This document shows, piece after piece, positions 38,101 to 49,551 of a stretch of DNA of 64,000 nucleotides. The DNA lies in the NCBI GenBank assembly GCA_035512495.1, contig DATKDW010000062.1, positions 50,957-114,956 of the forward strand, in the 5' to 3' direction. Within the stretch, counting starts at the first letter, position 1; each line of letters begins with the position of its first letter. The stretch comes from Acidimicrobiales bacterium. Lineage in GTDB: Bacteria; Actinomycetota; Acidimicrobiia; Acidimicrobiales; CADCSY01. The notes below the pieces were generated by a model. That model saw only the letters and a program-made list of their open reading frames with translations, ran no database searches and was not told the DNA's origin. Made by a program: the position numbers and the translations under genes.

Positions 38101-38795
38101 TTGACGCACAGAGCGGCGAAGGGGAGCGCGCGCAGGCGCTCCTTGGGGATGGGCCCGCGGCACTTCTCGCAGGTCCCGTAGGTGCCGGCGTCGATCTTGA
38201 CGAGGGCGTCGTCGATGTCCTGCACTGCCGCCAGGGCCTGGGCAGACAGGGCGAGCTCGCGCTCGCGCTCGACGGCCATGGAGTCACCCTCGCCGCCCTC
38301 CTCGTCGAAGTTGGAGTCCCCCGGGTCGCGGTCCTGGGCCAGCGCCTCGGCCTCGGCGCGCAGGTGGGCAGCCGAACGGGCGTAGTCCTCGCGCTCCTTG
38401 AGGAGCTCCTTGCGCTGGGCCTCGAGGAACTTGTCGGCCTGAGCGGTGGAGGCCTTGGGGGCCGCCTTCTTGCCCGCAGTCCGCTTGGCCACCTTGGGGG
38501 CGGCCGCCTTGGAGGCCGCGGCCTTCTTGGCGCCGACAGCCTTCTTGGCGCCGACAGCCTTCTTGGCGCCGACAGCCTTCTTAGCGCCGACAGCCTTCTT
38601 AGCGCCGACAGCCTTCTTGGCGCCGACAGCCTTCTTAGCGCCGACAGCCTTCTTGGCGCCGACAGCCTTCTTGGCGCCGACAGCCTTCTTGGCGCCGGTG
38701 GCCTTGGCAGCCGCTGACTTGGTCGCCTTGGTCGCCTTGGCGGTCGCCGCCTTCTTCGCCGTGGCCTTGCCGGTGGTCTTCGTGGCTCTGGGCAT
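38070..38795 (-). CDS. DksA/TraR C4 zinc-finger protein with N-terminal Lys/Ala-rich histone-H1-like repeat tail (DdbA-like)
   Basis: C-terminus GTYGTCEKCRGPIPKERLRALPFAALCVKCK is a TraR/DksA-type CxxC-x17-CxxC. N-terminus carries (KKAVGA)x10. The position between ileS and lspA matches Streptomyces SCO2075 (DdbA) as I recall it. Confidence 0.8.
   Translation of the reverse strand: MPRATKTTGKATAKKAATAKATKATKSAAAKATGAKKAVGAKKAVGAKKAVGAKKAVGAKKAVGAKKAVGAKKAVGAKKAVGAKKAVGAKKAAASKAAAPKVAKRTAGKKAAPKASTAQADKFLEAQRKELLKEREDYARSAAHLRAEAEALAQDRDPGDSNFDEEGGEGDSMAVERERELALSAQALAAVQDIDDALVKIDAGTYGTCEKCRGPIPKERLRALPFAALCVKCKSGGLSRR
38521..38700. repeat. 10 x 18-bp near-perfect tandem repeat (GCCTTCTTGGCGCCGACA)
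   Basis: Read directly from the sequence. Units 4, 5 and 7 carry one G-to-A change that is synonymous on the coding strand; the last unit diverges at its 3' end. Confidence 0.95.
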
Positions 38796-38876
38796 CGCCG
38801 GATCGGTCTCCGCGTCGGTGAAAAGGGTTCCGGAAGGTAGCACCGCAGGACGGGCCCGACAACGCGGGCCGCCCGG

Positions 38877-39233
38877 TCAGGACCGCCGAGGTGCCCGTGG
38901 GTTGGCGGTCGCCGCCTTGCCCCCACCCGGACCGAGGATGCGCTCGAGGGCCCGCCGAACGTCGTCGGGGTCGGCGCCGTCCACCGCGAAGCGCTTCTGC
39001 CTGCTCGACTCGCCGGCCACCAGCGAGATGGCGGAGCCCGGAACGCCGAGCACCTCGGCGAGGAGGCTGGCACAGGCCTCGTTTGCCCGCCCTCCCTCCG
39101 GGGGCGCCGCCACCTTGACCTTGAGGGCGTCCCCGTGGCGGCTCAGGATGGCGGAGCGGCCGGCCGCGGGCTGCACCGAGAGCCGGACGACCACGCTGCC
39201 GTCAGCTCGGACGTCGAACACCTCATCGCTCAC
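38877..39233 (-). CDS. DUF167 (YggU) family protein
   Basis: 118 aa with LSVQPAAGRSAI...LKVKVAAPPEGGRANEA...LAEVLGV, the typical UPF0235 pattern. Confidence 0.8.
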   Translation of the reverse strand: MSDEVFDVRADGSVVVRLSVQPAAGRSAILSRHGDALKVKVAAPPEGGRANEACASLLAEVLGVPGSAISLVAGESSRQKRFAVDGADPDDVRRALERILGPGGGKAATANPRAPRRS

Positions 39234-39291
39234 CGCCGCACCCTACCGGGGGCCGGACGGGACGGGGGTGGCCGGGTTCTACGCTTGCGCC

Positions 39292-42405
<3,114 letters not shown>

Positions 42406-42456
42406 GCGACGGGCGGCCGGGTCGCACCCGTCCGCCCGACCGTCGGCCGGAGCACG

Positions 42457-43221
42457 TCAGCGCCGGGTGGAGGACCGCTTCTTGGCCGCAGCCTTCTTGG
42501 CCGCCGGGCGCTTCTTGGCCACAGCCTTCTTGGCCGCCGGGCGCCTCTTGGCCACAGCCTTCTTGGCCGCCGGGCGCTTCTTGGCGGCGGCCTTCCTCGC
42601 CCGGGCGGGTGCCTCCTCTTCCTCCTCGGGCTCCCAGGCGCCGGCGGGCGTCGAGTCGTCGAGGTCGGCAGCGGTCGCGTCGGCAGGCGCACCGGCGAGG
42701 CGCTCCCGCAGCTCGCCGATCTGGTTGAGGATCGTGACCCGCGCCTTGCCCTCGCGCTCCTTCTCGTCGACCACGTCGAGCTCGTCGGCGTAGAGCTGTG
42801 CGAGGAGCGGTGTGATCTCCGATACGCGCAGCTCGTCGTAGTCAGCGATGGGGAAGAAGTCGGCGTCGTCCTCGACGTCGTCGTCGGGCAATGCCGTGGT
42901 GGGGGCGAAGGCGGCCTGCTCCACCACCGCCGGCGCCGGGGCGGGCGCCGGGGCGGGCATGGGCGTAGGGGCCGGCGCAGCGGCGACCGTCGTCGGCTCC
43001 TCCGATGCGCTGCTGGTGCCGACGGGCGCGGAGCCGCCGCCCGCGGCGGCTCCTGCGGCCTGCTGGCGGTTCATCCGGGTGGCGACGAACAACACGATGC
43101 CGGCCAGGACGCTGCAGGCGATCGACACGTAGATCAACGCGATCCCGGAGTCGGCGAGGAGACCGAGCACGAGCAGCACGGTCGCTACCAACACCAGGGC
43201 AAAGCTGATGAGCACTAACAC
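42457..43221 (-). CDS. hypothetical membrane protein with Pro/Ala linker, acidic helical domain and C-terminal basic [11 protein letters not shown] repeat tail
   Basis: Two N-terminal TM helices ([21 protein letters not shown] and [20 protein letters not shown]), then the (AP)n linker, then the [18 protein letters not shown] domain, then 3.5 basic repeats. Confidence 0.65.
   Translation of the reverse strand: MLVLISFALVLVATVLLVLGLLADSGIALIYVSIACSVLAGIVLFVATRMNRQQAAGAAAGGGSAPVGTSSASEEPTTVAAAPAPTPMPAPAPAPAPAVVEQAAFAPTTALPDDDVEDDADFFPIADYDELRVSEITPLLAQLYADELDVVDEKEREGKARVTILNQIGELRERLAGAPADATAADLDDSTPAGAWEPEEEEEAPARARKAAAKKRPAAKKAVAKRRPAAKKAVAKKRPAAKKAAAKKRSSTRR
42478..42609. repeat. 3 full + 1 degenerate copies of a 33-bp tandem repeat
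   Basis: CTTCTTGGCCACAGCCTTCTTGGCCGCCGGGCG units at 42478, 42511 and 42544, each with 1-2 substitutions. Confidence 0.9.
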
Positions 43222-43357
43222 GAGACGTCACCGATCCTTGTCGTTCGGGTGCGGCGTGATCCTAGACAGAGGTGGACCGCCGCTCGGTCATTCATGGCTT
43301 TCGGGGCGGAGGCGGAGCCTCCGTCGAACCGGGGGCCCCCTTCCCCCACTCGGCCGA

Positions 43358-44302
43358 TCAGATGCGTCGCCACCGGTTGCGACCGGGGCCACCCTTGTCC
43401 CCACCGTCGTCGTCATCGGCCCAGTCGGTGCGGCTCTCGCGGGGTCCGAGCGGCTCCGGATCGTCCACGGCCCGGCGCAGCTCGGCGAGAAAGGGATCGG
43501 CCTCGGAGCCGCCGGCAGCGGGGTGGTCGTCTTCAGCAAGCACGTCGTAGAACCCGGTGGGCTCGCCGGCCGCGGCGTCATCACAGGCGCCGTTGACCAC
43601 CGGGTGCGGACCGGTGTCGTCCTCGACGTCGCGTGTCTCGGCCACCTGCTCGGCCGGGCGATCGACGACGACAGCCGTCCGGTCGCCGCCTTCGGCCGTC
43701 CGGGCCTGGACGGGCTTGGCGTCGAGCGGGCTCAGGCCGGGGCGCGGCGGCATCTCGAGCCGCCCGGGCTGCTCGATCCAGGCGAGCTGCTCGCGCATCT
43801 CCTGGTGGAGGCGGTGCCGCTGGTCGTCCACGTAGGCTTGCATGGCGTCGGCCTCGCCCTCGAGCTGGCGACGACGGTCGGCGAGCGCACCGAGCTCTAC
43901 CTCGGCCCGGGCCTCGGCGTCGGCCCGCACCCTCGCCGCGTGGCGCTCGGCCTCCTCACGGAGCTCTGCGCTGAGCCGTTCGGCGTCGGCGCGGACCTCC
44001 TCGGCCCGGGCCTCGGCCTCCGCCTCGATCCCCGCGGCCTCGGCACGCGCCTCGTCGAGGGCCACATCGGCGGTGCGCCGGGCGAGCACCAGGGTGCGCC
44101 GCAGCTCGTCGTCGTCGCCGCTGGTATCGAGGAGGCGCCGTTCGGCGTGGGTGGCCCGGTCGGCCGTCTCGCGCAGTCGAGCCTGCAGCTCCTCGAGGGC
44201 GACGGCGAGGCGCTCGAGGAAGTCGTCGACCTCGTCGGGGTTGTAGCCCCGCCACTGCTCCCGGAACTCGACCTCGCGAAGGAGCTGGGGGGAGACGTCC
44301 AT
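43358..44302 (-). CDS. divIVA: DivIVA/Wag31 family cell-pole protein
   Basis: N-terminal FREQWRGYNPDEVDDFLERL DivIVA motif followed by a long coiled coil. Confidence 0.88.
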   Translation of the reverse strand: MDVSPQLLREVEFREQWRGYNPDEVDDFLERLAVALEELQARLRETADRATHAERRLLDTSGDDDELRRTLVLARRTADVALDEARAEAAGIEAEAEARAEEVRADAERLSAELREEAERHAARVRADAEARAEVELGALADRRRQLEGEADAMQAYVDDQRHRLHQEMREQLAWIEQPGRLEMPPRPGLSPLDAKPVQARTAEGGDRTAVVVDRPAEQVAETRDVEDDTGPHPVVNGACDDAAAGEPTGFYDVLAEDDHPAAGGSEADPFLAELRRAVDDPEPLGPRESRTDWADDDDGGDKGGPGRNRWRRI

Positions 44303-44364
44303 GCCGGCGATGGTAGCGACCGGGCGGGGGGCGACCGGTGGACCGGTGCCGAGTCAGGGTGCCG

Positions 44365-44628
44365 TCAGATGCGGCACACCACCGGGAGGATCAGGAGCTG
44401 CATGCCGAAGATCACCACGATGGGCGAGAGATCGAGCCCCATGCCACCGAAGCGCACTGGGGGCAGGACCCTCCGCAGCGGTCCGAGCACCGGCTCGGTG
44501 ATGCCGTACAGGAAGGAGAACACCGACGCCATGGCGCCGCCCTGGCTGATCGGGAACCAGCTGAGGAGGATGCGGGCGAAGATGGCGTAGAAGTACAGCG
44601 TGCCGATCGTGCAGAGGAGCTGGCCCAC
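44365..44628 (-). CDS. yggT: YggT family membrane protein
   Basis: 87 aa with FARILLSWFP and ITEPVLGPLRRVLPP motifs. Confidence 0.88.
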   Translation of the reverse strand: MGQLLCTIGTLYFYAIFARILLSWFPISQGGAMASVFSFLYGITEPVLGPLRRVLPPVRFGGMGLDLSPIVVIFGMQLLILPVVCRI

Positions 44629-44631
44629 GGC

Positions 44632-45153
44632 TCAGGTCGCCTCGTCCTGCAGGCGTCGTTTCGTCTCGTCCGACACCGACACGTTGGAGGGGGTCAACAG
44701 GTACACCTGGTTCGTGACGCGCTCCATCTGGCCCCGGAGGCCGTAGCAGAGCCCGCTGGCGAAGTCGACGAGGCGGCGCGACAGCTCCTTCTCGACGCCC
44801 TGGAGGTTCACGATCACCGGGATGCCCGCCATGAACTTGTCGGCGACCTCCTGGGCCTCGTTGAACGAGAGCGGCGAGACGGCGTGCGGCTTGGCGCTCG
44901 CCGCCTGTGGGGTGATGGGGCGCACGACGCCACCTCCGCGGGGACGCATGGTCGGGGAGGCCGGCGGGACCTCGGGTCGGGGCTCCGGCTCGCGCGGCAG
45001 CGGACGGACCGCGCTCGGCGTCTCCTGGGGCGGAGGCGCGTACCTGCTGACGACCGGCGCGGGGCCGTCGTCGAGGGCGTCGTAGTCGTCGTACTCGTCG
45101 TCGGGACCGAGACCGAGGTAGTGCATGGCTCGTCGCCACATGCTGGTCGCCAT
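44632..45153 (-). CDS. sepF: cell division protein SepF
   Basis: N-terminal MWRRAMHYLGL. C-terminal domain PLSFNEAQEVADKFMAGIPVIVNL...RRLVDFASG. Confidence 0.9.
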   Translation of the reverse strand: MATSMWRRAMHYLGLGPDDEYDDYDALDDGPAPVVSRYAPPPQETPSAVRPLPREPEPRPEVPPASPTMRPRGGGVVRPITPQAASAKPHAVSPLSFNEAQEVADKFMAGIPVIVNLQGVEKELSRRLVDFASGLCYGLRGQMERVTNQVYLLTPSNVSVSDETKRRLQDEAT

Positions 45154-45181
45154 CAGGGGACTCCTCCTTGCGAGGTGGACG

Positions 45182-45883
45182 TTAGTGTCGCATCCGGCCG
45201 GTGCCGGACCGCGGATCGGGGCGGGAGCCGAACAGGGCTCGGCCGACTCGAACGATGGTCGCTCCCTCGGACACGGCGATCTCGAGGTCGTCGCTCATGC
45301 CCATCGAGCGCTCCGCGAGGCCAAGGTCGTCGGCGAGGGTGCGCAGCGCGCGGAACGCAGGCCGGGACGCCTCAGGGTCGCCGGAGGGGCCGATGGCCAT
45401 GAGCCCCGCGACGCTGAGGCCCAGCTCGCCGAGGCGCGCCACGAGGTCGGCGGTGCCACCGGGCTCGCACCCGCCCTTCTGCGCCTCCCCGGACACGTTG
45501 ACCTGCACGAGCACCCGGGCGCCGGGCGAGCGCTTCGCCACCTCGTCCCCGACTGCGTCGCGGTCGATGCTCTGCCAGAGGTCGACCGAGGGGGCCACGA
45601 GGCGGACCTTGTTGGTCTGGAGGCGGCCCACGAAGTGCCAGTGCAGGGGTCGGGGCCCGTCGGCGAGCGCTTCGACCTTGGCCGCCATCTCCTGGGCGTA
45701 GCCCTCGCCCACGTCGAGGACCCCAGCGGCGTGGGCGGCGATCACGGCGTCGGGGCCGAACCCCTTGGTGACCGCCACCAGGCGGACCCGCTGCGGATCG
45801 CCGCCGGCGGCGGCGATCCGATCGCGCACCTCGGCCACGCGCGCCGCGACCGCGTCGACGTCGACGGGCACCACGTCGCTCAC
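45182..45883 (-). CDS. yggS: YggS/YlmE family pyridoxal-phosphate homeostasis protein
   Basis: LVAVTKGF (PLP lysine), WHFVGRLQTNK and SMGMSDDLEIAV. GTGA overlap with the pgeF stop. Confidence 0.9.
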   Translation of the reverse strand: MSDVVPVDVDAVAARVAEVRDRIAAAGGDPQRVRLVAVTKGFGPDAVIAAHAAGVLDVGEGYAQEMAAKVEALADGPRPLHWHFVGRLQTNKVRLVAPSVDLWQSIDRDAVGDEVAKRSPGARVLVQVNVSGEAQKGGCEPGGTADLVARLGELGLSVAGLMAIGPSGDPEASRPAFRALRTLADDLGLAERSMGMSDDLEIAVSEGATIVRVGRALFGSRPDPRSGTGRMRH

Positions 45884-46533
45884 GGCGCGATCCAGACGGC
45901 GAGGGCCTGGCGCTCGGGATCGCCGCCGGCCCGGTGCGACCAGTGGGCGTCGCTGCACGCTGTGCACGTGCCGCGGTCGTCGACCTCGGTGACACCGGCG
46001 GCGGCGAGGGCGGCGTGGACCCCGGCCGGGAGGTCGAGGGCGGGCCGGCCGGCGGCGGTGGTCGAACGAACGTGGTCACCGAGAGCGGAGGCCACCTCGT
46101 CGAGATCGGCGTCCCCGAACTCGTAGCACGACGGGTGGATGCAAGGCCCCACCACGGCACGGACCGGACCCGGGGCGAGGTCGCGCACCGCCTCGACCGA
46201 TGACGCCACGATGCCGGCGGCCAGCCCTCGCCAACCGGCGTGGACGGCAGCAACGGCACCCTCCCCGATCAGGGCGATGGGGGCGCAGTCGGCGGTCTGG
46301 ACCGAGACCACGGCCCCTGGCACGGCGGTCACGGCGGCGTCGGCCTCGGTCCCGGCGTGCGCACCGGGCGCCTCGACCCGCACGACCCGCGCCCCGTGGA
46401 CCTGGCGGAGCCACGTCCACGGCGCGTCGACGACTGCCCGTCGCCGGGCGTCGACGCCGGTCGAGTCGACGGCGAGGTCGCCGTCGGCCCGTCCGGTGAA
46501 GCGGATCTCGATCCTGCCGCCCAGCGCCCTCAG
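45880..46533 (-). CDS. pgeF: YfiH/YlmD (PgeF) family purine nucleoside phosphorylase / laccase-domain protein
   Basis: [31 protein letters not shown] and CT.C....SHR. The 5' end is provisional: no ATG/GTG/TTG lies between 46533 and the ORF-track start at 46665. Confidence 0.8.
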   Translation of the reverse strand: MRALGGRIEIRFTGRADGDLAVDSTGVDARRRAVVDAPWTWLRQVHGARVVRVEAPGAHAGTEADAAVTAVPGAVVSVQTADCAPIALIGEGAVAAVHAGWRGLAAGIVASSVEAVRDLAPGPVRAVVGPCIHPSCYEFGDADLDEVASALGDHVRSTTAAGRPALDLPAGVHAALAAAGVTEVDDRGTCTACSDAHWSHRAGGDPERQALAVWIAP

Positions 46534-47609
46534 CGGAGGAAGGAGGGGACGTCGAAGTCGTCGTCGCCCTCGAGGTCGACCTCGTCGTCGGCGAAGACGT
46601 CTCGCCCACCCTCGTCGCCTGCCAGCGGGCGGGCGCGCTCCGAGCGGTCCTTGCCCTCCTCCCACCGGTCGAAGCCGGCGGCGATGACGGTGACGCGCAC
46701 CTCGTCGCCCATCGAGTCGTCGATGACCGTCCCGAAGATGATGTTGGCGTCGGGGTGGGCCACGCCGTGGATGACCTCGGCAGCCTCGTTGACCTCGAAG
46801 AGGCCGAGGTCGCTGCCGCCGGAGATGCTGAGCAGGATGCCGCGAGCACCTTCGATGGACGCCTCGAGCAGCGGGCTCGAGATCGCGGCGCGGGCGGCGT
46901 TGAGCGAGCGGCCCTCGCCCGACCCGTAGCCGATGCCCATGAGGGCGGACCCGGCATTGGTCATGATCATCTTGACGTCGGCGAAGTCGGTGTTGATCAG
47001 TCCCGGCGTCGTGATGAGCTCGGTGATGCCCTGCACGCCCTGGAGCAGCACCTCGTCGGCCATCTTGAAGGCGTTGAGCACCGAGGTCTTCTCGTTCGAG
47101 ACCGTGAGGAGCCGGTCGTTCGGGATGACGATGAGGGTGTCGACCTCGTCCTTCAGGCGCTGGATGCCCTGCTCGGCCTGGACCGAGCGGTTGCGCCCCT
47201 CGAAGGCGAAGGGCCGGGTGACCACGCCGATGGTGAGCGCCCCCAGGCTCTTGGCGATCTGGGCCACCACCGGGGCGCCACCGGTCCCGGTTCCGCCGCC
47301 CTTGCCGGCGGTGATGAACACCATGTCGGCGCCCTGGAGAGCGGCCTCGACCTCGGCACGGTGGTCCTCGGCGGCCTGGCGGCCGACCTCGGGGTCGCTG
47401 CCCGCCCCGAGGCCGCGGGTGACGTCCTGGCCGATGTCGAGCTTGAGCTCGGCGTCGCTCATCAACAGCGCCTGGGCGTCGGTGTTGACGGCGATGAACT
47501 CCACGCCCTTGAGCCCGGCATCGATCATGCGGTTGACGGCGTTGACGCCGCCCCCGCCGACGCCGACGACCTTGATCACCGCGAGGTAGTTCTGGGGGTT
47601 GCCGGCCAT
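46530..47609 (-). CDS. ftsZ: cell division GTPase FtsZ
   Basis: [27 protein letters not shown] and NTDFADV. GGGAGGG sits 6 nt upstream of the ATG ([11 protein letters not shown]). C-terminal [10 protein letters not shown] tail. Confidence 0.98.
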   Translation of the reverse strand: MAGNPQNYLAVIKVVGVGGGGVNAVNRMIDAGLKGVEFIAVNTDAQALLMSDAELKLDIGQDVTRGLGAGSDPEVGRQAAEDHRAEVEAALQGADMVFITAGKGGGTGTGGAPVVAQIAKSLGALTIGVVTRPFAFEGRNRSVQAEQGIQRLKDEVDTLIVIPNDRLLTVSNEKTSVLNAFKMADEVLLQGVQGITELITTPGLINTDFADVKMIMTNAGSALMGIGYGSGEGRSLNAARAAISSPLLEASIEGARGILLSISGGSDLGLFEVNEAAEVIHGVAHPDANIIFGTVIDDSMGDEVRVTVIAAGFDRWEEGKDRSERARPLAGDEGGRDVFADDEVDLEGDDDFDVPSFLR

Positions 47610-47746
47610 GTGTGTCCCTCCCGGGGAGTCAGTGGCGGCGGACCGCCGAACGTGCAAATGGCCGGGCTGACCCACAGGGGTCCCGCCCGGCCTTTACCTC
47701 AGGTGGAGGTTGAGCGTTCTGTCAACCTCTCGTTGTGATCGAGACT
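47610..47746 (-). promoter_or_regulatory. ftsQ-ftsZ intergenic leader with two hairpins
   Basis: GAGGTTGA (47706-47713) pairs with TCAACCTC (47722-47729). GGCCGGGC (47660-47667) pairs with GCCCGGCC (47685-47692). Confidence 0.35.
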
Positions 47747-48574
47747 CTACCCTCCCTCCGTCGTGCGGGTCAAGGCGGGCGACGTGGGCACCCGCACATC
47801 GATGGTCGCCACGCCCTCGAGGTTGGCACCGGCGAGCACGGCCTCCAGCGCCAGCAGCTTGGCCTCCAAGGCCTCGGGCGGGCCGAGGAGCGCCAGCGCA
47901 GACCGCTCCCCTCCGGCGATGGCGACCTTGGCGGTGAGGGCACCTTCGTCGTCGGCGACCACCGCCAGGACGTCCGGGCGAAGGGCCCCGGAGAGCATCG
48001 ACGCCACCCGGAGGGCCCCGGCGGCAGGGGCGCCGAGCAGATCGCCGACCTCACCGGCGACGCCGACCCCCTCGATCCGCGTGATCCCGCGGGGCACGTC
48101 GGCCACGCGCGCCAGCTGGTGGCCCTCGGCGTCGATGAGCATCCAGTCCGACTCCCCCGCCAGCGCCGCCACCGCCCGGCGCTCGACCACCTCGACCCGC
48201 ACCGTCCCGGGCCAGTCACGCATCACCCGGGCGTCGGCGACCCACGGCAGCGCCCGCACCCGTGCCGCAGCGCGGGCGGTGTCGAGGGTCACCATCGCCT
48301 CACCAGGACTGATGTCCGACGCTGCCCGCACCTCATCGGCGCCGGTCTGGCGTGCGCCCTTCACCTCCAGGGCATCGACATCGAGCAGCGGCGACAGCGC
48401 CAGGCCCCACAGCATCGCCACGACGCCCAGGGCGGCGGCGGCGAGACCGGCGCGGCGCAGGCGACGGCGGCCCTCGTGGCGTGCCACCTCGATGCGCCGG
48501 GCCCGGATGCGGGGGTCGATCACCGGTCTGGCCGGCCGTACCCTGGGCCGCCGAGGCGGCGCCGTGCTGCTCAA
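47747..48574 (-). CDS. ftsQ: cell division protein FtsQ
   Basis: Basic N-terminus, one TM helix and a POTRA-like region (LDVDALEVKGARQTGADEV). TTGA overlap with the murB stop (TTG start). Confidence 0.85.
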   Translation of the reverse strand: MSSTAPPRRPRVRPARPVIDPRIRARRIEVARHEGRRRLRRAGLAAAALGVVAMLWGLALSPLLDVDALEVKGARQTGADEVRAASDISPGEAMVTLDTARAAARVRALPWVADARVMRDWPGTVRVEVVERRAVAALAGESDWMLIDAEGHQLARVADVPRGITRIEGVGVAGEVGDLLGAPAAGALRVASMLSGALRPDVLAVVADDEGALTAKVAIAGGERSALALLGPPEALEAKLLALEAVLAGANLEGVATIDVRVPTSPALTRTTEGG

Positions 48575-49551
48575 CCCTCGACCTGCGATCGAGGGTCAAG
48601 CGATCGAGGGTCAGGGAAGCCGACGAGGCGCACCTCGGGGTGGAGGGCCACGCCGGTCTCGGCCTCGACCCGGCGCTGAACCTCGACGATCAGGGCCGCC
48701 ACGTCGTCAGCCCGGCCATCGGGATCGGCCTGGATGAAGTTGGCGTGCTTGTCCGAGACCTCGGCGGAGCCGAGTCTCATCCCCCGGCAGCCCGCCACGT
48801 CGACGAGGCGCCCGGCGGAGTCGCCAGGTGGGTTGGTGAAGACCGACCCTGCGTTCTGGCCGCCAGGCTGGTTGGCGCGCCGCCAGCGCACGATCTCGGA
48901 GACCTCCGCTGAGGCGGCTGCGGCATCACCCGGCGTCAGCTGGAACTCGGCGTCGAGGACGACTTGGGAGGGTCGCACCGCGGAGCGGCGGTAGCCGAGG
49001 TCGAGGTCACGGGCGAGCACCTGCTCATCGTTGCCGGTGGCGAGGTCGAATGCGCGGACCCGCAGCAGGGTCGCCGCCGTGTCGGAGCCGTGGCCCCCGG
49101 CGTTCATCCGCACCGCTCCACCCACCGTCCCGGGCACCCCGACCGCCCACTCCAGCCCGCGGAGGCCAGCCTTGGCGGTCCGGCGGGCCAGGACCGGCAG
49201 CGCCACGGCCCCACCGGCCCGCACGGTGGCCGAGCCGGCATCCAGCTCGATCCTGGCAAAGGCTTCACCGAGCACCAGGGCGAGGCCGGAGAAGCCGGCA
49301 TCGGCGACCAGCAGGTTGGAGCCGTTGCCGACCACCAGGGTGGGGATGCCACCCGCGTCGGCCGCCGCCCGGAGCGCCTCGGCGGCCAGGGCGAGGTCGT
49401 CGTCGCCCTCCACCTCCAGCAGGAGGGCCGCGGTGCCGCCCACCCGGTAGGTCGTGCGCGGGCCGAGGGGTTCGTCCCGCCGAGCTCGGGACCCGAGCAC
49501 GGCCGCCGCCGCGCCGAGGGCCGCCGGGTCGGTCACGGCGGTCCCGCTCAC
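48571..49551 (-). CDS. murB: UDP-N-acetylenolpyruvoylglucosamine reductase
   Basis: [35 protein letters not shown] and [12 protein letters not shown] overlap with the murC stop. Confidence 0.92.
   Translation of the reverse strand: MSGTAVTDPAALGAAAAVLGSRARRDEPLGPRTTYRVGGTAALLLEVEGDDDLALAAEALRAAADAGGIPTLVVGNGSNLLVADAGFSGLALVLGEAFARIELDAGSATVRAGGAVALPVLARRTAKAGLRGLEWAVGVPGTVGGAVRMNAGGHGSDTAATLLRVRAFDLATGNDEQVLARDLDLGYRRSAVRPSQVVLDAEFQLTPGDAAAASAEVSEIVRWRRANQPGGQNAGSVFTNPPGDSAGRLVDVAGCRGMRLGSAEVSDKHANFIQADPDGRADDVAALIVEVQRRVEAETGVALHPEVRLVGFPDPRSLDPRSQVEG

Noticed and set aside
38521-38700. Regularly spaced 18-bp repeats as a possible CRISPR array
   Set aside because: The units are contiguous with no spacers, lie in frame inside a CDS and encode KKAVGA. 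No cas genes are present.
38446-39291. 282-codon N-terminal extension of the ileS ORF, including AFLAPT repeats
   Set aside because: The extension is the antisense reading of the DdbA-like repeat and the DUF167 gene. IleRS homology begins at MPFGPVEPFD (39292).
39100-39291. T-box riboswitch upstream of ileS, which is known for ileS in some Actinobacteria
   Set aside because: Only 58 nt are non-coding, and I could not find the conserved T-box sequence (GGTGGTACCGCG-like) or a specifier/antiterminator arrangement. A covariance-model search would be needed to be certain.
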